From positions 96,001 through 160,000 of the forward strand of contig CAVSHR010000007.1 in assembly GCA_963727625.1 (NCBI GenBank): DNA of 64,000 nucleotides. Reading direction: 5' to 3'. The translations under genes were made by a program, and so were the position numbers. Shown here piece by piece: positions 48,420 to 58,297 of the stretch. The stretch is from an uncultured delta proteobacterium (GTDB taxonomy: Bacteria; Desulfobacterota; Binatia; UBA9968). Position 1 is the stretch's first letter; each line of letters begins with the position of its first letter. The notes below the pieces were generated by a model. The model ran no database searches and was not told where the DNA came from. It worked only from the letters and a program-made list of their open reading frames with translations.

Positions 48420-50357
48420 TCATTCGGAAGCCAACGCGACCACCGGATCGAGCTGCGCCGCTTGGCGCGCCGGCAGGTAGCCGAAGATCAATCCGGTCGC
48501 CGAAGCGCAAACGAAGGCGAGCAGCGCCGGCGTGATCGAAAAAATTACCGCCATGCCGCTGGTGCGCAGCACCAGGCCGGCGCCGACGCCGACGAGAATT
48601 CCCAAAACGCCGCCGGCGGCGCAGACCACCGCGGCTTCGATGTTGAATTGCAGCAAAATGTCGAGCATGCGCGCACCGGTGGCCATGCGGATGCCGATCT
48701 CGCGGGTGCGCTCGACGACGCTCACCAGCATGATGTTCATCACGCCGATGCCGCCGACCAGCAGAGAAATTGCCGCCACCGTGCCCAACAGCAGCGTAAA
48801 GGTGTCTTGGGTTTCCATTGCCGCTTGGAGATAAGACGCCATGTTGCGCACGCTGAAGTCTTCGGTTCGATGGCGCGCTTTCAGCAAGGTTTCGACGCTC
48901 GCCTGGGTGCCCTGGATGTCGGTTGTGTCGGAGACCTTGATCGTGATGCTGCTCAGATAGTTTTTACCGAAGATGCGCACCAGGCCGGTGGTGATCGGCA
49001 CGAAGATCACGTCATCCTGATCGCTGCCAAAGGGCGACGCGCCTTTTTCGCTCATCACGCCGATCACCAGAAAAGGCACGTTCTTCATCAAAATATACTT
49101 CCCGATGGGGTCGCGGCCGTCTGGAAAAAGCGTCTTGGCGACGGTTTTCCCGAGCACGACGATCGCCGCGTAGTGCTTCACATCGTCAGTATTGAAGAAC
49201 ACCCCTTCGGCCACCGGCCAGTCGCGCGCCGAGGGAAATTCGGCGCCGGTGCCCTGGACGGAAGTCTGGTAGTCGATGTTGCCGAAGCGCACGGTGGCGC
49301 GGCCGTTGCGCTCGGGCAACGCGGTTTCGATATTCGGCAAGGCTTTGATCGCTTCGGCGTCATCCGGCACCAGGGTTGCGATGTCGCCGGAGTTACGCAT
49401 GCCCGCGGCGCCGGGCCGGATCAACATCAAGTTGGTGCCAAAGGAGCTGATGCGATCGAGAACTTTCTGGCGGCTGCCTTCGCCCACGGCAAGCATTGCC
49501 ACCACGGCGGCGACGCCGATGATGATGCCGAGCAGGGTCAGCGAGGTGCGAAACAGATTGACCCGGAGCGAGCGCCACGCCGTGGTCAGGGCCTCTTGCG
49601 CGCTGGCGGCGAGGCCGACACCGTCGCTCAGTTCGTGCCCAATTTCGTCGGTGGCAGCGTCAGCGCTTGCGCCTGCGCCGGTATCTTCGATGATTCGGCC
49701 GTCCTGCAGGCGCACGATCCGTTCAGCGTTTTGCGCGATGTTTTCCGCGTGGGTGATCAGGATGATCGTGCGCCCCTCGGCGTGCAGTTTGCCGAGCAGG
49801 GCCAGCACTTCGTCGCCACTCTTGCTGTCGAGCGCGCCGGTAGGCTCGTCGGCGAGGATCACCGGCGGATCGTTGACCAGCGCCCGGGCGATGGCGACGC
49901 GCTGCTGCTGGCCGCCGGAAAGTTCCGCCGGGCGATGATCGATGCGGTCGCCGAGGCCGAGCTGCTCAAGCAGCTCGATCGCGCGTTGGCTCCGTTTATG
50001 CTTCGGCAGACCCGCGTAAACCGAAGGAATCTCCACGTTCTCGCCCGCCGTGGCGGTTGCCAGGAGATTATACTTCTGAAACACAAAGCCGAAGGTCTCG
50101 CGGCGCAGGGCGGCGAGCTCGTCAGGCTCGAGGTGGGCGGCTTCTCTGCCCAACACCTTGTAGCTACCGGCGGTCGGCCGGTCGAGGCAACCGATGATGT
50201 TCATCAGCGTCGACTTGCCGGAGCCGCTTTGTCCCATGATCGCGACAAACTCGCCGCGGCGGATTTTTAGCGACACGCCGTCCAAGGCGCGCACCACGGT
50301 ATCACCGTTTTTATAGTGCTTATGCAGGTCGCTCAGTTCGAGAATCGTCGCGTTCAT
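48420..50357 (-). CDS. macB: MacB-type ABC transporter (ATPase plus permease)
   Basis: GQSGSGKS, LSGGQQQR, ADEPTGALD, VGGIGVMNIMLVSV.ERTREIGIR. Confidence 0.93.
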   Translation of the reverse strand: MNATILELSDLHKHYKNGDTVVRALDGVSLKIRRGEFVAIMGQSGSGKSTLMNIIGCLDRPTAGSYKVLGREAAHLEPDELAALRRETFGFVFQKYNLLATATAGENVEIPSVYAGLPKHKRSQRAIELLEQLGLGDRIDHRPAELSGGQQQRVAIARALVNDPPVILADEPTGALDSKSGDEVLALLGKLHAEGRTIILITHAENIAQNAERIVRLQDGRIIEDTGAGASADAATDEIGHELSDGVGLAASAQEALTTAWRSLRVNLFRTSLTLLGIIIGVAAVVAMLAVGEGSRQKVLDRISSFGTNLMLIRPGAAGMRNSGDIATLVPDDAEAIKALPNIETALPERNGRATVRFGNIDYQTSVQGTGAEFPSARDWPVAEGVFFNTDDVKHYAAIVVLGKTVAKTLFPDGRDPIGKYILMKNVPFLVIGVMSEKGASPFGSDQDDVIFVPITTGLVRIFGKNYLSSITIKVSDTTDIQGTQASVETLLKARHRTEDFSVRNMASYLQAAMETQDTFTLLLGTVAAISLLVGGIGVMNIMLVSVVERTREIGIRMATGARMLDILLQFNIEAAVVCAAGGVLGILVGVGAGLVLRTSGMAVIFSITPALLAFVCASATGLIFGYLPARQAAQLDPVVALASE

Positions 50358-51556
50358 AGCCGTGGTCCTCGGTTAAAGCGCTGCGGATTGTTCCGCTGGC
50401 CGCTCGCCTGGTTGGCGCCGCCGGGGCGGCTGGTGGCGATCTGATCGCCCTCGTTCAAGCCGTCGGTGACTTCCGCCAGCGTGCGGGTGACCAGCCCGAC
50501 GTGGATCGTGCGCGGCTCGCGCCCGCTCGGAGTGACGACCGACACGCGATAAGCCTTGCCTTTGTCGTTATCCGCGTTCGGCGCGCGCCGGGTCAAAACT
50601 TCAGCCGGCACGATCAAGGCGTTGTCGGCCTTGCCGAGGATAAAAAATACCTGGGTCGTCATGCCGGTCATGAGCTTGCGCCCTTCGTTGTTGACGTCGA
50701 TCAAGACATCGTAGAGGACCACGTCGTTGACGATTTGCGGCGAGGGCTGAATCTGCCGAACTTTGCCTTGCCAGCGGTGCTCGCTGTCACCGAGCGTGGT
50801 GAAATAAGCCGGCATGTTTTCTTTGAGCCGGCTGACGTCCGCCTCGGCGACCTGGGCGCGCACGGTCATCACGTCCAGATTGGCTACCTGCATGACCGTG
50901 GGCGCGGTTTGATTGGCGTTCAATGTTTGGCCTTCCTTGGTTGGCAAGGTGGTAACCGTGCCCGACATGGGCGCGTAGATCTTGGTGAAACCCAAGTTGG
51001 CCCGGCTCGCCTTCAAGTTGGACTCGGTCTCTTGCATCTGCGCGAGGATCGAGTCGACTTGCGCCTTGGCGACCGCCGCCTGGGATTCGCTTTCCTGAAG
51101 GACCTGCTGGCTGACCGCGTTGACCGCGATCAAATTCTGATTCCGTTTCAAATTCTGCTGCGCCAAGGTGAGCTCGGCCTTCTGTTGATTCAACTGGGCT
51201 CGCAGACTATTCAAACGCGCTTCACCGGCCTCTACCTGGGCCTGGAAAACCCGCGGATCGATTTCAGCGAGCAACTGTCCCTGCTTGACGGTATCGCCGA
51301 TATCGACGTGAATGCGCTTGAGCTGTCCGGACACCTGAGTGCCGACGTCGACATATTGCCTTGACTCGAGCTTGCCTTGGGCGGTCACGACCTCTTCGAT
51401 GTTGCCGCGGGTGACGGTCACGGGCTTGCCGGTGGCTTGCGGTTTCTGCGACGCGCTGCTGTACCAGTACCAGCCGCCGGCGGCGACAACGGCAACTGCC
51501 AGGAGGCCGGTCAGTTTTTTTCGCTGCGGTTTTGTCAGGGTAAATTTCCAAGTCAT
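50354..51556 (-). CDS. macA: MacA-type periplasmic adaptor
   Basis: VDVGTQVSGQL, TKIYAPMSGTV, EGQTLNANQTAP, VAEADV. Confidence 0.9.
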   Translation of the reverse strand: MTWKFTLTKPQRKKLTGLLAVAVVAAGGWYWYSSASQKPQATGKPVTVTRGNIEEVVTAQGKLESRQYVDVGTQVSGQLKRIHVDIGDTVKQGQLLAEIDPRVFQAQVEAGEARLNSLRAQLNQQKAELTLAQQNLKRNQNLIAVNAVSQQVLQESESQAAVAKAQVDSILAQMQETESNLKASRANLGFTKIYAPMSGTVTTLPTKEGQTLNANQTAPTVMQVANLDVMTVRAQVAEADVSRLKENMPAYFTTLGDSEHRWQGKVRQIQPSPQIVNDVVLYDVLIDVNNEGRKLMTGMTTQVFFILGKADNALIVPAEVLTRRAPNADNDKGKAYRVSVVTPSGREPRTIHVGLVTRTLAEVTDGLNEGDQIATSRPGGANQASGQRNNPQRFNRGPRL

Positions 51557-51700
51557 AGATTTGCACGTCCCTTCACCGAGGTTGTCACCTCTTAATACGA
51601 ATCACCGGGCGCCATTCTTCGCCCCGCTAGTAAAAATAGCCCGGGTATTGCCGGCACTTGAAGAATCTGGAATTTCCCGGTTGAATTTGCGGCGCGCAGA

Positions 51701-52141
51701 TCAATCGGATTTGGGGGGTGGCGGCGGGCGGCGCAACAGGTCCGCGAAAGTCCGCCGTTCGTCGGGTGTCATCTCCTTGGTGATCAGCTTGATCGCCTGG
51801 CTCATGCGCTTGAACATCTCTTCGCGTAATGTCTCGTATTGATTCACCTGGCGGTCATAGGCGGCTTCGTCGAAGTTTTCGGCGCTCATGATGCGCAGGG
51901 CCTCGTTGCGCGCCGCATCCATTTGTTCGCGCAGCGGATCCCCGGCGGCGCGAATCTGGGCAAATTTTCTACGATAACGGTCTTGCTCCGCCGCGGGCAG
52001 TTTTTTGAGCGCCTCTTCCATACGCTGTTGTCGCGTCGGCCGGCCGTCGAAACCATAGGGCACGCGCCCCAAAATCACACCGACCAAAAGCAGATTCAGC
52101 ACCAGGGAAACCAGGAACACCAACTTAAGCGTCTTGCTCAT
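51701..52141 (-). CDS. Periplasmic heavy-metal-sensor/CpxP-like helical protein
   Basis: N-terminal TM SLVLNLLLVG, helical hairpin, MTPDERR (LTxEQR-like). Confidence 0.75.
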   Translation of the reverse strand: MSKTLKLVFLVSLVLNLLLVGVILGRVPYGFDGRPTRQQRMEEALKKLPAAEQDRYRRKFAQIRAAGDPLREQMDAARNEALRIMSAENFDEAAYDRQVNQYETLREEMFKRMSQAIKLITKEMTPDERRTFADLLRRPPPPPKSD

Positions 52142-52458
52142 AAAAGAGCCTCATCCGAAGAGAAATAACCTGAAACGTTGGCAGTGCTGTCGTCGGCATT
52201 AGAATTACTTGCCGGCGGCAGGCTGAAGCCGATCACCGTGCCGAGGATCAACGCGCCGACAAGCACGTACGCCGGCTTCGGCAAATGAAACTCGGAGCAG
52301 ATCTGGCGCATCCACTGCCACAGCGAAACCGAGCGGTTCTGCGGCAGCTGGCGCGCCTTGAAAATAATCCGCTGCGCCAAATCTGGACTGGCCGGTTCGA
52401 CCCGGCGCGAGCGCAGCAGGTTGTCGAGTTTGTCGTCGCGGTTATCTTTCATAACCAC
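52138..52458 (-). CDS. Putative membrane-anchored anti-sigma factor
   Basis: Directly follows the ECF sigma; PSPDLAQRI motif and one TM helix. Confidence 0.65.
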   Translation of the reverse strand: MVMKDNRDDKLDNLLRSRRVEPASPDLAQRIIFKARQLPQNRSVSLWQWMRQICSEFHLPKPAYVLVGALILGTVIGFSLPPASNSNADDSTANVSGYFSSDEALL

Positions 52459-52459
52459 C

Positions 52460-53014
52460 TCACAGGTACGCTTTCATACGTTCTTTCAAAGTCGTCTTGG
52501 CGCGCATGATCAATGACTGCAACGCCTTCAGTTTGAGCCCCATGATCTCCGCCGCCTCCTGATTGCTGAGGTCCTCGGCAAAGCAGAGATTGAGCGCCTG
52601 GCGCTGGCGCTCGGGCAGGGCGGCGATCTCTTTTTCCAAAACTCTCTGCTCCTGGGCGCGTATCATCACCTCGTCCGCCGGCTCGCGATCGTCGATCACT
52701 GGCAGATCGTCGTCGAGAGCGGCCGGTTTTTTCTTCTTGCGCAAATCCAGGCATAAATTCACCACGACGCGATAGAACCAGGTGGTAAACTTGCTGTTGC
52801 GCTCGGGCTGCCAGAGCGCCGGGTTCTCCCACAGCTTGAGAAAGGCGTCTTGGACCATGTCCTCGGCGGCTTCCTTGCTTTGCAAATAGCGGTAGGCGAG
52901 CCGATAAAAGCGCGCGGTGTGGCGCTCGACCAGCAGGGCGAAGGCCTGGCTGTTGCCATCCTGGATGAGCGCGAGCAGTTCGTGGTCGTCTTGGTCTGGC
53001 CCAGCCGCCGCCAT
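52460..53014 (-). CDS. ECF (sigma-70 family) RNA polymerase sigma factor
   Basis: AEDMVQDAFLKLW, FTTWFYRVVVNLCLD, LPERQR, S.QEAAEIMG. Confidence 0.95.
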   Translation of the reverse strand: MAAAGPDQDDHELLALIQDGNSQAFALLVERHTARFYRLAYRYLQSKEAAEDMVQDAFLKLWENPALWQPERNSKFTTWFYRVVVNLCLDLRKKKKPAALDDDLPVIDDREPADEVMIRAQEQRVLEKEIAALPERQRQALNLCFAEDLSNQEAAEIMGLKLKALQSLIMRAKTTLKERMKAYL

Positions 53015-53155
53015 GGTGTTGTAGATACTGAATGGAAACTACGACTTGCAAGCTTGATCATACAACCAAAGGGCTCCGAAGATAAGGCCAGAATAGATTG
53101 CCGTTCAATGGTTGATACGATTGTCCGCGCGAATGTCTTCGCGGCGTGACAAGTT

Positions 53156-53776
53156 TTATCTAATTGCTGCGTGCGGTTCGGACAGCCGTTGGTGGCCCAG
53201 GCGCTTGAATTGTTCCCGCCCGAAGTCGCTCGCGGCGTCAATCGCGCACCAAGGATAGGCCTCGGCGAAGAGCCTCACAGTAGGCTCAAAACCGTGCAGC
53301 GGCGGAACTAAATCGCGCAGGGTGTCATACCAGGCGCGGCGCTCATCGCGGTCGATGGGGGTATCATCTCGCGCGTCGATGCGAAGGCATAGCTCCTGCC
53401 AGTCAGGAACAGAAAAACCGCATCGCAAGTTTGCCGGATAGAGGGACAGTGCGCTCAGGCGCGGCCGGGTGAAGTGTTGGCTCTCGTCGAATTCTACGAT
53501 AAAAGGCGGAGCTGAAACAAAAAAATCGCAGAGCGGAACAACGGGGCTCTTGTTGAAGCCGCGCTGGCCGCGCAAGTCGCCCAGGGCGGCGCGGATTTGG
53601 TGCAAGAGTTCACCGAACGGTGTGTTCAAATAGTCATCCGGGAATGCCGACCAATCGAACGAATGATTGACCCGGCAGTCGCCGTAAATGGCTGTCAGAA
53701 GCTCGCGCACGCGAGCCTTGCAGGCGCGGCAATGGGCCGAATGTTCAGCGTTGAAGATTTCCAGGTTTGTCGACAC
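53156..53776 (-). CDS. Hypothetical protein with a PD-(D/E)xK/Vsr-like nuclease signature; start uncertain
   Basis: CDFFV....IVEFDESQHF and ERRAWYDTLRD. Confidence 0.55.
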   Translation of the reverse strand: MSTNLEIFNAEHSAHCRACKARVRELLTAIYGDCRVNHSFDWSAFPDDYLNTPFGELLHQIRAALGDLRGQRGFNKSPVVPLCDFFVSAPPFIVEFDESQHFTRPRLSALSLYPANLRCGFSVPDWQELCLRIDARDDTPIDRDERRAWYDTLRDLVPPLHGFEPTVRLFAEAYPWCAIDAASDFGREQFKRLGHQRLSEPHAAIR

Positions 53777-53817
53777 AAGCAAAACCCTAGCACAACCAGA
53801 GCGAAGGAGAAGCAGCA

Positions 53818-56076
53818 ATGGCAAAACCCAATTCCATCATCGGCGCGCGCGTCCGGCGCGTCGAAGGCGCGGACAAGGTCAGCGGTCAAGCGGTCTACGG
53901 CGCCGATGTTCATTTTGCGGACGCTCTGTGGGGAAAGATTTTACGCAGCCCCTATCCCCACGCGCGGATTAAAAGCATCGATGTCTCGAAGGCGTGGAAG
54001 GTCGATGGCGTAAGGGCGATCGTCACGGGAAAGGATGAGCCTGAGCATTATCAGGGCAAGAGCATTCGCGACATTCCGGTTTTGTGTTGGGACAAGGTGC
54101 GCTTCACTGGCGACAAAGTCGCGGCGGTGGCCGCCGAGAGCCGCGACGCGGCGGAGGAGGCGATCAATTTGATCGAGGTCGAGTACGAAGAGCTTCCGGC
54201 CGTCTTTGACGCGCTCGAAGCGATGCAGCCGGGCGCGCCGATTCTGCACGACAACGCGCCGGCCTACGATGGCGCACCGGCGGATATCATGGCGCCGGCC
54301 GGCGGCAACCTGGTGAACAAACTCACCTGGGGCAAGGGCGATATCGAAAAAGGTTTCCGCGAGGCTGATTTGGTCCTGGAGCATACTTTTAAGATTCCGA
54401 TTCACCATCAGGGCTATTTGGAGCCGCAGTCGTTTCTCGTCAAGATCGACGACGACGGCAAGGTCGATGCCTGGTCGTCGACCAAGGGACCGTTCGGAAC
54501 GCGCGCGCAATTCGCCAAAGCAGTGGGCATTCCCGCCAGGCAGATTAGCATTCACGCAGTTCATGTCGGCGCCGACTTCGGCGGCAAGAGCGGCGCAGGT
54601 GAATTGCCGATTTGCTATTTCCTCGCCAAGCAAGCCAAGCGGCCGGTGAAAATCATCCTCAGCCACAGCGAAGAGCTGACGGTGATGAATCCCGATCATT
54701 ACACCGTGGTGAAAGTAAAGACCGGCGTCAAGCGCGACGGGCGGATGACCGCACGCTATTTGCAAGCGATCCATGGCACGGGAGCTTATGCCGGCATGAA
54801 GCCTGGGCGCGCCAGTATCGGCGGCGCCGGTTCGGCGACGCCGTACAAAATCGACAATACCTACATGGAAGCGCTGCAAGTCTACACCAACACGGTGCCC
54901 TGCGGCTTCTGGCGCGCGCCCGGCGCGATCCAAGCCGTGTTCGCATCCGAGTCGCACATGGATCTGATCGCCCGCGAGCTTAAGATGGACCCGGCGAAGT
55001 TTCGCATGATCAATCTGGTCGGCGAGGGCGAAGAAAACGGCCTCGGCAAATCCTGGAGCGGTGTCAAAGCCAAGGAGACGCTGCAGGCCGCGTTGGGCGC
55101 CGCCGGTTGGAAGAGCTCCAAGCGTCCCTACGTCGGCCGCGGTGTGGCGATGTACGAGCGCGGCACCGGCGCCGGCAAGGTATGGGTGAATTTAACCGCC
55201 GAAGCCGACGGCACTTTGACCGTGTTCACCGTTGCCGGGGATCAAGGAACGGGGCTACAGACGATTTTGTGCCAGACGGTGGCCGCCGAGATGCAGGTGC
55301 CCTACGAAAAAGTGCACTGTCGCATCGGCAATACTGCGGATGTTTCTTACAGCGTCGACGTCGGTTTCGGCGGCAGCCGCTCGACCAACATCAACAGCGC
55401 CGCGGCATTTCAAGCGAGCGGCGAGCTGCGCAAGAAGCTTATGGCCCAAGCGGCCAAACTTTTCGGCTGCGCCGAGGATCAACTGGTTTACAACAACGGC
55501 AAATTTTCCGTCAAAGGTGGAAAAAGCAAAGCGCTGTCTTTAAGCGACGTCGTCAAGGCGAGCGGCGGGCCGGTGACGGTGAGCGTCGAGACCGAAGTGC
55601 CGCGCAAGGGCTCGTCCACGTCGTTCATCGCTCAGGTTGCGGAGGTGGAGGTCGATCCGGAAACCGGCCGGGTCAAGCTGCGCAACTTCGTCAGCGCCCA
55701 CGACGTCGGCACGATCATCAATCCGATCGGCCATCAGGGGCAGATCGACGGCGAGGCGATCATGGCGATCGGCTCGGGCTTGATGGAAGAGTTGATCGAC
55801 GATCAGGGGAAAGTGATCACGACAAACCTGGGCGAATACAAAATTCCCAACATCGTCGATATCCCGCGCTTCAAAACGGTCTTGGTCAAAGGCAAGAACG
55901 GCCCCGGCCCCTACGAGGCCAAGGGCATCGGCGAACACGCCAACGTGAGCCCGCCGGCGGCCATCGCCAACGCCATTCACGACGCCTGCGGCGTGCGCTT
56001 GTTCGAAATACCCGCGACAGCCGAGCGGGTGTATCGGGAGTTAAAAAGGCAAGAGGCAATCGGCAATAGGCAATAG
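53818..56076 (+). CDS. Xanthine dehydrogenase-family molybdopterin-binding subunit
   Basis: ILRSPYPHARI, VGADFGGK, WRAPG, QGTG, EVEVDPETG, GQIDG, AKGIGE, AIANAI. Confidence 0.92.
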   Translation: MAKPNSIIGARVRRVEGADKVSGQAVYGADVHFADALWGKILRSPYPHARIKSIDVSKAWKVDGVRAIVTGKDEPEHYQGKSIRDIPVLCWDKVRFTGDKVAAVAAESRDAAEEAINLIEVEYEELPAVFDALEAMQPGAPILHDNAPAYDGAPADIMAPAGGNLVNKLTWGKGDIEKGFREADLVLEHTFKIPIHHQGYLEPQSFLVKIDDDGKVDAWSSTKGPFGTRAQFAKAVGIPARQISIHAVHVGADFGGKSGAGELPICYFLAKQAKRPVKIILSHSEELTVMNPDHYTVVKVKTGVKRDGRMTARYLQAIHGTGAYAGMKPGRASIGGAGSATPYKIDNTYMEALQVYTNTVPCGFWRAPGAIQAVFASESHMDLIARELKMDPAKFRMINLVGEGEENGLGKSWSGVKAKETLQAALGAAGWKSSKRPYVGRGVAMYERGTGAGKVWVNLTAEADGTLTVFTVAGDQGTGLQTILCQTVAAEMQVPYEKVHCRIGNTADVSYSVDVGFGGSRSTNINSAAAFQASGELRKKLMAQAAKLFGCAEDQLVYNNGKFSVKGGKSKALSLSDVVKASGGPVTVSVETEVPRKGSSTSFIAQVAEVEVDPETGRVKLRNFVSAHDVGTIINPIGHQGQIDGEAIMAIGSGLMEELIDDQGKVITTNLGEYKIPNIVDIPRFKTVLVKGKNGPGPYEAKGIGEHANVSPPAAIANAIHDACGVRLFEIPATAERVYRELKRQEAIGNRQ

Positions 56077-56110
56077 TTGAAGAAGGCTTGAGGCGAGAGG
56101 CGTGAGGGAG
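56047..56110 (+). repeat. Short heptamer tandem arrays (AGGCAAT-like x4; AGGCNNG x3)
   Basis: aggcaag aggcaat cggcaat aggcaat, then aggcttg aggcgag aggcgtg. Confidence 0.8.
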
Positions 56111-56133
56111 AGTGTAAAAATGCAGGAGGGATT

Positions 56134-57144
56134 ATGGAGAATAACCGTTACGATTTGAGAATTATTTGGGGTTTCGTTTTGGTCATGCTGACTCTAATTT
56201 CAGCACGTGGTGCAGTGGCCCAGGACAAAATCAGGATTGCCTACAGCTCCACGGATACGCTCAATCAGCTCTGGACGATTCCCAAAGAGGTCGGTTTCTA
56301 CAAGAAATACGGTCTGGATGTCGATCTGGTTTACATCGGCAGCACCACCATCGGTATCGCCGCGATCATGGCGCAAGATGTGCCAATCGGTAACGCCGCC
56401 GGCAGCGGCGTCGCCAACGCCAACGTGCGCGGCGCCGACACCGTGAGCGTCGGTTGCATGATCAACGTTTTGGCCTATGAGCTGGTGGTTCTCGACAGCA
56501 TCAAGACGCCGGAGGATTTGAAAGGAAAATCCATCGGCATCAGCCGCTTCGGCAGCGTTTCTGACGTGGCCGCGCGCGAGCTGCTCAAGGGATTGGGTCT
56601 ACGGCCGCAGGAAGACGTAAAGATCTTGCAAGTAGGCGGCGCTTCGGATCGTGCCGCCGGATTCAGCCGGGGCGTCATCGCCGGATTTCCATCGCCGCCG
56701 GGGAACGTGAATTTGATTCCCGGCGGACTGCCGCACCGTATTCTGGCCGACATGGCCGATCAAAAAAAGCCCTATCCTTTGCCGTTTATCTGCGCGGTGA
56801 CGACCAAGAGTTATCTCGCCAAGAATCGCTCCATCGTCAAGCGGGTCATGATGGCACTGATCGAAGCGTCGCATTACTTCAAAACCAACAAAGAGGGCAC
56901 GCAGAAAGTCGTCGCCAAATACCTGCGCAACGCCAATAAAGCGTACCTCGAAGCGTCGTATGCCTCGACGGTAAAAATCCTCGAGCAGGTGCCGTACACG
57001 ACCCGCGCGGGCATGAAGATCCAGCTCGACGCGGCCCTCAAGCAAAGCCCCGACAGCAAGGTGACGGTCGACAGCCTGATCGACGACAGCATCGTGCGCG
57101 AACTCGAGAAGGAAGGGTTTATCGATCGGGTGTATTCAAGATAG
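56134..57144 (+). CDS. ABC transporter substrate-binding protein, SsuA/NMT1/THI5-like
   Basis: Signal peptide, GFYKKYGLDVDL, DLKGKSIGISRFGS. Confidence 0.85.
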   Translation: MENNRYDLRIIWGFVLVMLTLISARGAVAQDKIRIAYSSTDTLNQLWTIPKEVGFYKKYGLDVDLVYIGSTTIGIAAIMAQDVPIGNAAGSGVANANVRGADTVSVGCMINVLAYELVVLDSIKTPEDLKGKSIGISRFGSVSDVAARELLKGLGLRPQEDVKILQVGGASDRAAGFSRGVIAGFPSPPGNVNLIPGGLPHRILADMADQKKPYPLPFICAVTTKSYLAKNRSIVKRVMMALIEASHYFKTNKEGTQKVVAKYLRNANKAYLEASYASTVKILEQVPYTTRAGMKIQLDAALKQSPDSKVTVDSLIDDSIVRELEKEGFIDRVYSR

Positions 57145-57576
57145 GCAAAAGGCATTAGGCAGTAGTCTGAGAAGAGCGATGTCAGCACCGCTTACATGAT
57201 AAACAGTCACAAAGACTTGCTCATCTGGCAACGGTCTATGGAATTGGTTGAGTCGATTTATCGAATCACTCGGCAATTGCCGACGAGCGAGCAGTTCGGA
57301 CTAATCGCGCAAATGCGCCGAGCGGCGATCTCGGTGCCCTCGAATATCGCGGAGGGATATGGACGTCAAGCGACCGGTGAGTACAGACATCATCTGTCGT
57401 TTGGCCGAGGTTCCCTGCTAGAATTAGAAACACAATTGATGCTTTGCCAAAGACTTCAGTTTTTATCAGAAGGCGAGGCCGATGCTGTTCTCAAAGAAAT
57501 CGCTGAGATTAGCAAAATGTTTGGCGCATTGATTACTAAACTGTCCTAACTAGTTATTGCCTAATGCCTATTGCCT
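57143..57576. repeat. Inverted heptamer arrays enclosing the four-helix-bundle gene
   Basis: 57143-57163 aggcaaa aggcatt aggcagt versus reverse complement of 57556-57576 aggcaat aggcatt aggcaat (19/21). Confidence 0.85.
57196..57549 (+). CDS. Four-helix-bundle protein (23S rRNA IVS protein/Avd-like, TIGR02436)
   Basis: SHKDLLIWQRSMEL, EQFGLIAQMRRAAISVPSNIAEG, GSLLELETQL. Confidence 0.93.
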   Translation: MINSHKDLLIWQRSMELVESIYRITRQLPTSEQFGLIAQMRRAAISVPSNIAEGYGRQATGEYRHHLSFGRGSLLELETQLMLCQRLQFLSEGEADAVLKEIAEISKMFGALITKLS

Positions 57577-57593
57577 GCTAAAGGAGTCCTCCC

Positions 57594-58297
57594 ATGATCG
57601 ATCTTTACTACTGGACCACGCCGAACGGGCATAAGATCACGATCTTCTTGGAAGAGACGGGTCTGCCTTACAATATTAAGCCTGTTAATATCGGGAAGGG
57701 CGAACAGTTCAAGCCGGAGTTTCTAAAAATCTCGCCGAATAATCGGATTCCGGCGATCGTCGATAACGACCCCGGCGACGGCGGCGGACCGCTAAGCGTT
57801 TTCGAATCCGGAGCGATTCTGGAATATCTCGCTTTGAAAACCGGCAAGTTCTTGCCGAGCGAACTGTGCGCGGGCGCGCGGAAGTCATGCAATGGCTGTT
57901 CTGGCAGATGGGCGGGCTCGGGCCGATGCTCGGGCAGAATCATCACTTCCGCGGTTATGCGGCGGAAAAAATAACTTACGCCATCGAACGCTACACCAAA
58001 GAGACCGAGCGGCTCTACGGCGTGCTCGACGAGCGTTTGGCCGATCGCGAGTTTGTCGCCGGCGCCTACTACACGATCGCCGACATGGCCTGCTACCCGT
58101 GGATCGTGCTGCACGAACGCCAGGGACAGGATTTGAACGACTTCCCCAACATCAAGCGCTGGTTCGAGACGATTCATCAGCGCCCCGCGGTGGAGCGCGC
58201 TTACGCGATCGCGCGCCGGGTCAATCCGGATAGCCGCGGCATGACCGAAGAGGCGAAGAAAATACTATTTGGACAGGGCCGACGAGCAAAGACTTAA
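57594..58297 (+). CDS. Glutathione S-transferase-like disulfide oxidoreductase (YfcG/YghU family), frameshift near 57866
   Basis: [23 protein letters not shown], then [24 protein letters not shown] in the second frame. Confidence 0.85.

Noticed and set aside
47065-53014. ECF-MacAB-OMF operon as a novel system
   Set aside because: This is a common envelope/metal-stress efflux arrangement, and nothing unusual was seen.
53818-56076. Aerobic CO dehydrogenase CoxL
   Set aside because: The active-site loop is GFWRAPG, not AYxCSFR or AYRGAGR, and no coxMS is adjacent.
57196-57549. Diversity-generating retroelement or 23S rRNA intervening sequence
   Set aside because: No reverse transcriptase, TR/VR pair or rRNA is present. 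The repeats in the window do not show adenine-specific mismatches.
56047-57576. CRISPR array
   Set aside because: The units are 7 nt with no spacers, and no cas genes are present.
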